This document shows positions 60,724 through 64,000 of a stretch of DNA of 64,000 nucleotides, in pieces. Position 1 is the first letter of the stretch. Each line of letters starts with the position of its first letter. The notes beneath the pieces were generated by a model. That model made no database searches and was not told the DNA's origin. It was given only the letters and a program-made list of their open reading frames with translations. The DNA comes from an uncultured Clostridia bacterium (lineage in GTDB: Bacteria > Bacillota > Clostridia > Christensenellales > UBA1242). Both the position numbers and the translations under genes were made by a program. The DNA lies in the NCBI GenBank assembly GCA_934777505.1, contig CAKVNM010000001.1:92977-156976 (forward strand), in the 5' to 3' direction.

Positions 60724-61395
60724 TTAACAGTAAAGTTTTATCAAAAATCCCGAGTTTTTTATGAGTGTTTGACATTCTTTGTAGTTTGGCAAATAGCGTT
60801 CCACCAGTTTCCAAAAGTTTTTGCTATGATTTAACTCTCTTGTGTGGCAAAGTTCGTGAATTATAACATAGTCAATTAGGTCTGGCGGAAGCATTAAAAG
60901 TTTAAAATTAAATAATAAATTTTTTTTGTTATCACACATTCCCCACTTGGCTTTGCTTGAAATTATACTTATACTTTTATAACTAAAATTAAATTTGCTT
61001 GCAAGTTTCTCCACCCTTGGCACAATGATATCATCACAAGCATCATAGTAAAATTGTTTTAGTTGACTTTTCATGTTTGCTAGGCTTTTTGTGTGGTTCA
61101 AAATGATTGCTTCTTGCGTCAAATATGGCTTGTCTAAGGACTTTGTCATACAAATTGTGTAGTGTTTGCCAAGAAGTAGCATTTTTTGATAGTTAATTAA
61201 TTCATAATTTTTGGCTAGAATTGTTTTGATTTTGCTTTGGCGTTCTTCTATCCATTTTTGCTTTTTGGTAATAAAAGCAAAAATTTCGTCAAGGCTCATT
61301 TTGTTTGGTGCTTTGACTATTAGGTCGCCTTTTTCGTCTATCATGAGTGACAATGTTCGCCTGTTTGTTCGCTCAATTATTTTTGGTGTTATCAT
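60724..61395 (-). CDS. DUF45 / YgjP-like zinc metallopeptidase-fold protein
   Basis: HELCHTRELNHSKNFW motif. ATG at 61395 is preferred over TTG at 61410 because of the leaderless promoter geometry. Confidence 0.8.
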   Translation of the reverse strand: MITPKIIERTNRRTLSLMIDEKGDLIVKAPNKMSLDEIFAFITKKQKWIEERQSKIKTILAKNYELINYQKMLLLGKHYTICMTKSLDKPYLTQEAIILNHTKSLANMKSQLKQFYYDACDDIIVPRVEKLASKFNFSYKSISIISSKAKWGMCDNKKNLLFNFKLLMLPPDLIDYVIIHELCHTRELNHSKNFWKLVERYLPNYKECQTLIKNSGFLIKLYC

Positions 61396-61430
61396 ATTTT
61401 CATTGTACAACGAAGTGTCTTATTTTTCAA
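61396..61430 (-). promoter_or_regulatory. Promoter giving a leaderless DUF45 mRNA
   Basis: The minus strand reads TTGAAA (61430-61425), 17 nt, TACAAT (61407-61402), 6 nt, then ATG at 61395. Confidence 0.5.
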
Positions 61431-61453
61431 GCAAAAACTGAACAAAATTAAGT

Positions 61454-61490
61454 TTGCATAGTACTTTATTTTCAAGATTGCATAGTATTG
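61454..61490. repeat. Two TTGCATAGTA units 24 bp apart (TACTATGCA motif, site C)
   Basis: TGCATAGTA at 61455-61463 and 61479-61487, in the divergent DUF45/PadR intergenic region. Confidence 0.85.
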
Positions 61491-61491
61491 T

Positions 61492-61521
61492 TTGACATAT
61501 TGTTTAACAATATGTTAAAAT
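61492..61521 (+). promoter_or_regulatory. PadR-gene promoter with an embedded 21-bp palindrome ACATATTGTT-T-AACAATATGT
   Basis: TTGACA (61492-61497), 18 nt, TGtTAAAAT. The palindrome spans 61495-61515. Confidence 0.6.
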
Positions 61522-61546
61522 TTGTTGAATTAAAGGGGTTTTACAA

Positions 61547-63916
61547 ATGAAACAAAGCATTGGTTCTGGCAGAGGCTCAGTTTATAACATTATTCTAAAA
61601 GCCTTGCAATCGGGCGATAAATACGGCTATGAAATCTGCCAAGAAATTGAAACTAACACAAACGGTCACTATATCTTAAAACAACCAAGTTTGTATAGTG
61701 GTCTTAAAAGGCTGGAAGCACAAAAGTTGGTTAAATCATATTGGGGCGACAGCGAGATTGGTGGCAGAAGACACTACTATACCCTAACCGAAGAAGGACG
61801 CAGAAAGATTGAAAAATCTAATTTTTCGTGGGAAGACGAACGAAACGACATTATGGAAAACTTTTTTAAGAAAAGCGAATCCGACCAAGACATTGAAGAC
61901 ATAAAAAAGTCCATTCAAGAAGTCAGCGAAAATGTTGAAAGTGCTAGCAAGGAAAATCAAGCAGTCAATCAAGTGCTTTCGTCTGCTCCAACCAAAGATG
62001 ATACATATCAAGCCGAAAACAATCAATTCGACCTTTTTTCGTTTGCTAGTTTTTATGGCAAGCAACAAGATAGCGAGCCAGTAGCGGAAGACAAAACCGA
62101 AGAAAACCAACAAACAGAATTGCAACCAGCAGAAGAAAAGCAAGAAATCACACAAGAAGAAACTCCAAGTGTTTTCACTGCAAACTCCACTGCTCCGCAG
62201 TCATTTGTTGAGCCTGAAAAGAACGCTAGTTTGGAAGAAAAACCAGACGAAAAACCAACCGAGCAAACAGTCCAACAAGAGCCTAATATTGTTACTATAA
62301 GTCAAGAAAATACAACAAAAAGTGAAGAAAACAATCAAACAAAAGAAGACGCTTTGCAAGAGCCACAATCTGCACAAATGAGCATTTTTGATTTTGACTA
62401 TGCAAAAGATAACTTTAACAACGAAAAACAGGAAATTAAGCAAGAACAATCAGTAGCCGTGGAAGAAAAGCCACAAGTTAACGACACACAAGATGTTGAC
62501 ATTGACTTTGACGAACTTTTTAGTCGTAAGAAAGCCACAAGTTTTGCTAGCCATGTGGAAGAAAAACAAGCAACTCCTGTTGTGTTTAGCGACCTTGAAA
62601 AATCATCGACTTTTTATGGCTCAAACGATAGCCAGCCTAGTCAGTTGGACGACAAGTTTGACGAAAAGTACGAGAATTTTAAAAAGATGTTTGAAAATTC
62701 CTACGAAACCACAAACGAACATCAAGAAAATACTCAGCAAAAGACCCTTAACCAAGACGCAATCTTGCCTACTCAGCCAGTTAGTCAAACGAGTAGTTTT
62801 GACGAAGAAGAAAGGTTAAGACAAGAGCAAGAAAAACGCATGAGCGATGCCCTTTCTGGCAATCTTGGACAGCACAACTATGATGATTTGAAAGTTACAT
62901 CTTCAAGCGTAATCAATGAAGTTTCACAAAGTGAAAACACTGTAAATAATGAGCAAATCACTCAAAACAGCCAAGTTACAAGCAATCAAGAAATCGACAG
63001 CGATAGCCTTAAAAACATTTTTAAAGATTTTATTAAAGAAGAGCCAAAACCAGCCCAAGAAAATCCAAAAATTGACCAAAATGCGTTTTTCCGTGACGAT
63101 GAAAGATATGAAGATTATCAATCATTCAACAACACCAATTTTGGCGGAAAAGATGTTAGTCTTGATAGTCGTGACGAAACTCCAAAGCAAACTGCGCCTT
63201 TAAAAGACGATTTGCCACGATATGACTATTCAAACAATGTAAATCTTAGTCTTGAAGCCGACAGACCAACAAAAAGTACATATTATCGAAGCACAACGCA
63301 AGAAAGTTACGATAGTTATCAAAAACAAGAGCCTGTGCAAAACAACTACAATTTTAACACCAATTTTAACTCAAACAATTTGGCAAACAAGCCTTTTAAC
63401 GAAAAAGTTACAACCGCTCACACCCCAACCGCAAATTACAAGATTAGATATCTAAGAAAAAACAATGTTGAAACCGCTCCAACAAAGTTTACCGCAATTA
63501 ACAAACTAAATTTGAGTGTGTTTGCACTATTCTGCCTTATCTCTATTGGGCTAACACTTGGTTTATTCTTTGGCGTTTCTGCTCATACTAATATCACACC
63601 TGCACAGAACGCTTTTTATATCATAAACATTGTGCTTTGCGTTACAATTTTGTTCTACTATGTTGTAAACTTTATCAAAGATAAAGACTACAAGATTGAA
63701 TACGAATTTAACAAAAAATATTTAATCAAAAGCCTAGTTCTATGTGCCTTGCTTATCGTTGCAGTTGTAATTCTAAACATCGTGTGTGGAATGACTGCCG
63801 AAAATATTATGCAATATAGTGCATCACTAATCATTCCTACTGCCGACCTTGTTATGATTGGATTAATGCCAGTAATCAAACATTTATTTAACAAAATTCC
63901 ATATTATGCCAAATAA
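61547..63916 (+). CDS. Membrane-anchored PadR-family transcriptional regulator with a long low-complexity linker
   Basis: N-terminal PadR wHTH (YGYEICQEI...LKQPSLYSGLKRLEAQKLV...RRHYYTLTEEG). About 500 aa of Q/E/N/S/D-rich sequence follow, then four C-terminal TM helices. Confidence 0.8.
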   Translation: MKQSIGSGRGSVYNIILKALQSGDKYGYEICQEIETNTNGHYILKQPSLYSGLKRLEAQKLVKSYWGDSEIGGRRHYYTLTEEGRRKIEKSNFSWEDERNDIMENFFKKSESDQDIEDIKKSIQEVSENVESASKENQAVNQVLSSAPTKDDTYQAENNQFDLFSFASFYGKQQDSEPVAEDKTEENQQTELQPAEEKQEITQEETPSVFTANSTAPQSFVEPEKNASLEEKPDEKPTEQTVQQEPNIVTISQENTTKSEENNQTKEDALQEPQSAQMSIFDFDYAKDNFNNEKQEIKQEQSVAVEEKPQVNDTQDVDIDFDELFSRKKATSFASHVEEKQATPVVFSDLEKSSTFYGSNDSQPSQLDDKFDEKYENFKKMFENSYETTNEHQENTQQKTLNQDAILPTQPVSQTSSFDEEERLRQEQEKRMSDALSGNLGQHNYDDLKVTSSSVINEVSQSENTVNNEQITQNSQVTSNQEIDSDSLKNIFKDFIKEEPKPAQENPKIDQNAFFRDDERYEDYQSFNNTNFGGKDVSLDSRDETPKQTAPLKDDLPRYDYSNNVNLSLEADRPTKSTYYRSTTQESYDSYQKQEPVQNNYNFNTNFNSNNLANKPFNEKVTTAHTPTANYKIRYLRKNNVETAPTKFTAINKLNLSVFALFCLISIGLTLGLFFGVSAHTNITPAQNAFYIINIVLCVTILFYYVVNFIKDKDYKIEYEFNKKYLIKSLVLCALLIVAVVILNIVCGMTAENIMQYSASLIIPTADLVMIGLMPVIKHLFNKIPYYAK

Positions 63917-64000
63917 TTTTTGCATATTATAACTTAAAATGCTATTATTAATGTAAATAAGGAGTGCTTAACTTGACAAATATAGTTTTAGATGTTGAAA

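Noticed and set aside
60619-60834. 71-aa ORF (MLKKVKSTPHATRSQSHPFHSFLPQIHSFLP...)
   Set aside because: It simply translates the C-rich tandem repeat and then runs antisense into the 3' end of the DUF45 gene. It has no SD and no promoter.
1-64000. Search for CRISPR arrays, tRNA/rRNA genes, IS elements with terminal inverted repeats, and prophage blocks
   Set aside because: I saw no regularly spaced repeat arrays, cloverleaf-type sequences, transposase ORFs or phage structural genes. The only recombinase is the XerS-like gene treated above.

Overview
This 64-kb window comes from an AT-rich chromosome of an endospore-forming Firmicute, probably Clostridia-like. I call about 75 protein genes, and all but three are on the + strand. 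The window is a run of conserved housekeeping and sporulation blocks:
- ffh-rpsP-rimM-trmD-rbgA, with rplS displaced downstream
- comM-dprA-topA-trmFO-hslVU
- a trxA/NifS-like/NifU-like group
- rpsB-tsf-[unknown]-frr-uppS-cdsA-rseP
- a PolC-N-terminal-like exonuclease, then nusA-ylxR-infB-rbfA-nrnA-truB
- efp-spoIIIAA..AH-asp23-nusB-xseAB-proS
- a large structured RNA plus a membrane protein
- argR-recN-spoIVB-spo0A
- a SpoIIM-like gene, then deoB-punA-dacF-like
- an M50 protease, then scpAB-ytfIJ-dacB-rluB
- a less conserved right end: lexA, a tyrosine recombinase, a nucleotidyltransferase-like orphan, a DUF45 metallopeptidase and a membrane-anchored PadR protein

I found no rRNA, tRNA, CRISPR array or IS element by eye.

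Main items worth a second look:
1. A roughly 0.58-kb non-coding structured RNA followed by a 4-TM protein, sitting in the genomic slot known for OLE RNA and OapA.
2. A palindromic dif-like core site and a 17-bp identical partial copy. They bracket a 1.08-kb single-gene segment next to a XerS-like recombinase, while both canonical XerC and XerD synteny slots in the window are empty.
3. A 508-aa protein with PolC-like N-terminal, OB and DEDDh exonuclease domains but no polymerase, sitting exactly where polC normally lies.
4. A NifS/NifU-like pair that has lost the PLP lysine and two of the three cluster cysteines.
5. A 9-mer, TACTATGCA, present in at least 11 copies. Ten are clustered in four intergenic regions, one of them inside the spoIIIA operon.
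6. Seven genes with the same leaderless geometry: -10 hexamer, 6 nt, ATG, and no Shine-Dalgarno.
7. A Spo0A whose receiver domain lacks the acidic pair and the conserved lysine.
8. A PadR regulator fused through a disordered linker of about 500 aa to four TM helices, next to a divergent Zn-peptidase.

All domain and family calls come from reading the translated ORFs by eye. No database search was run.
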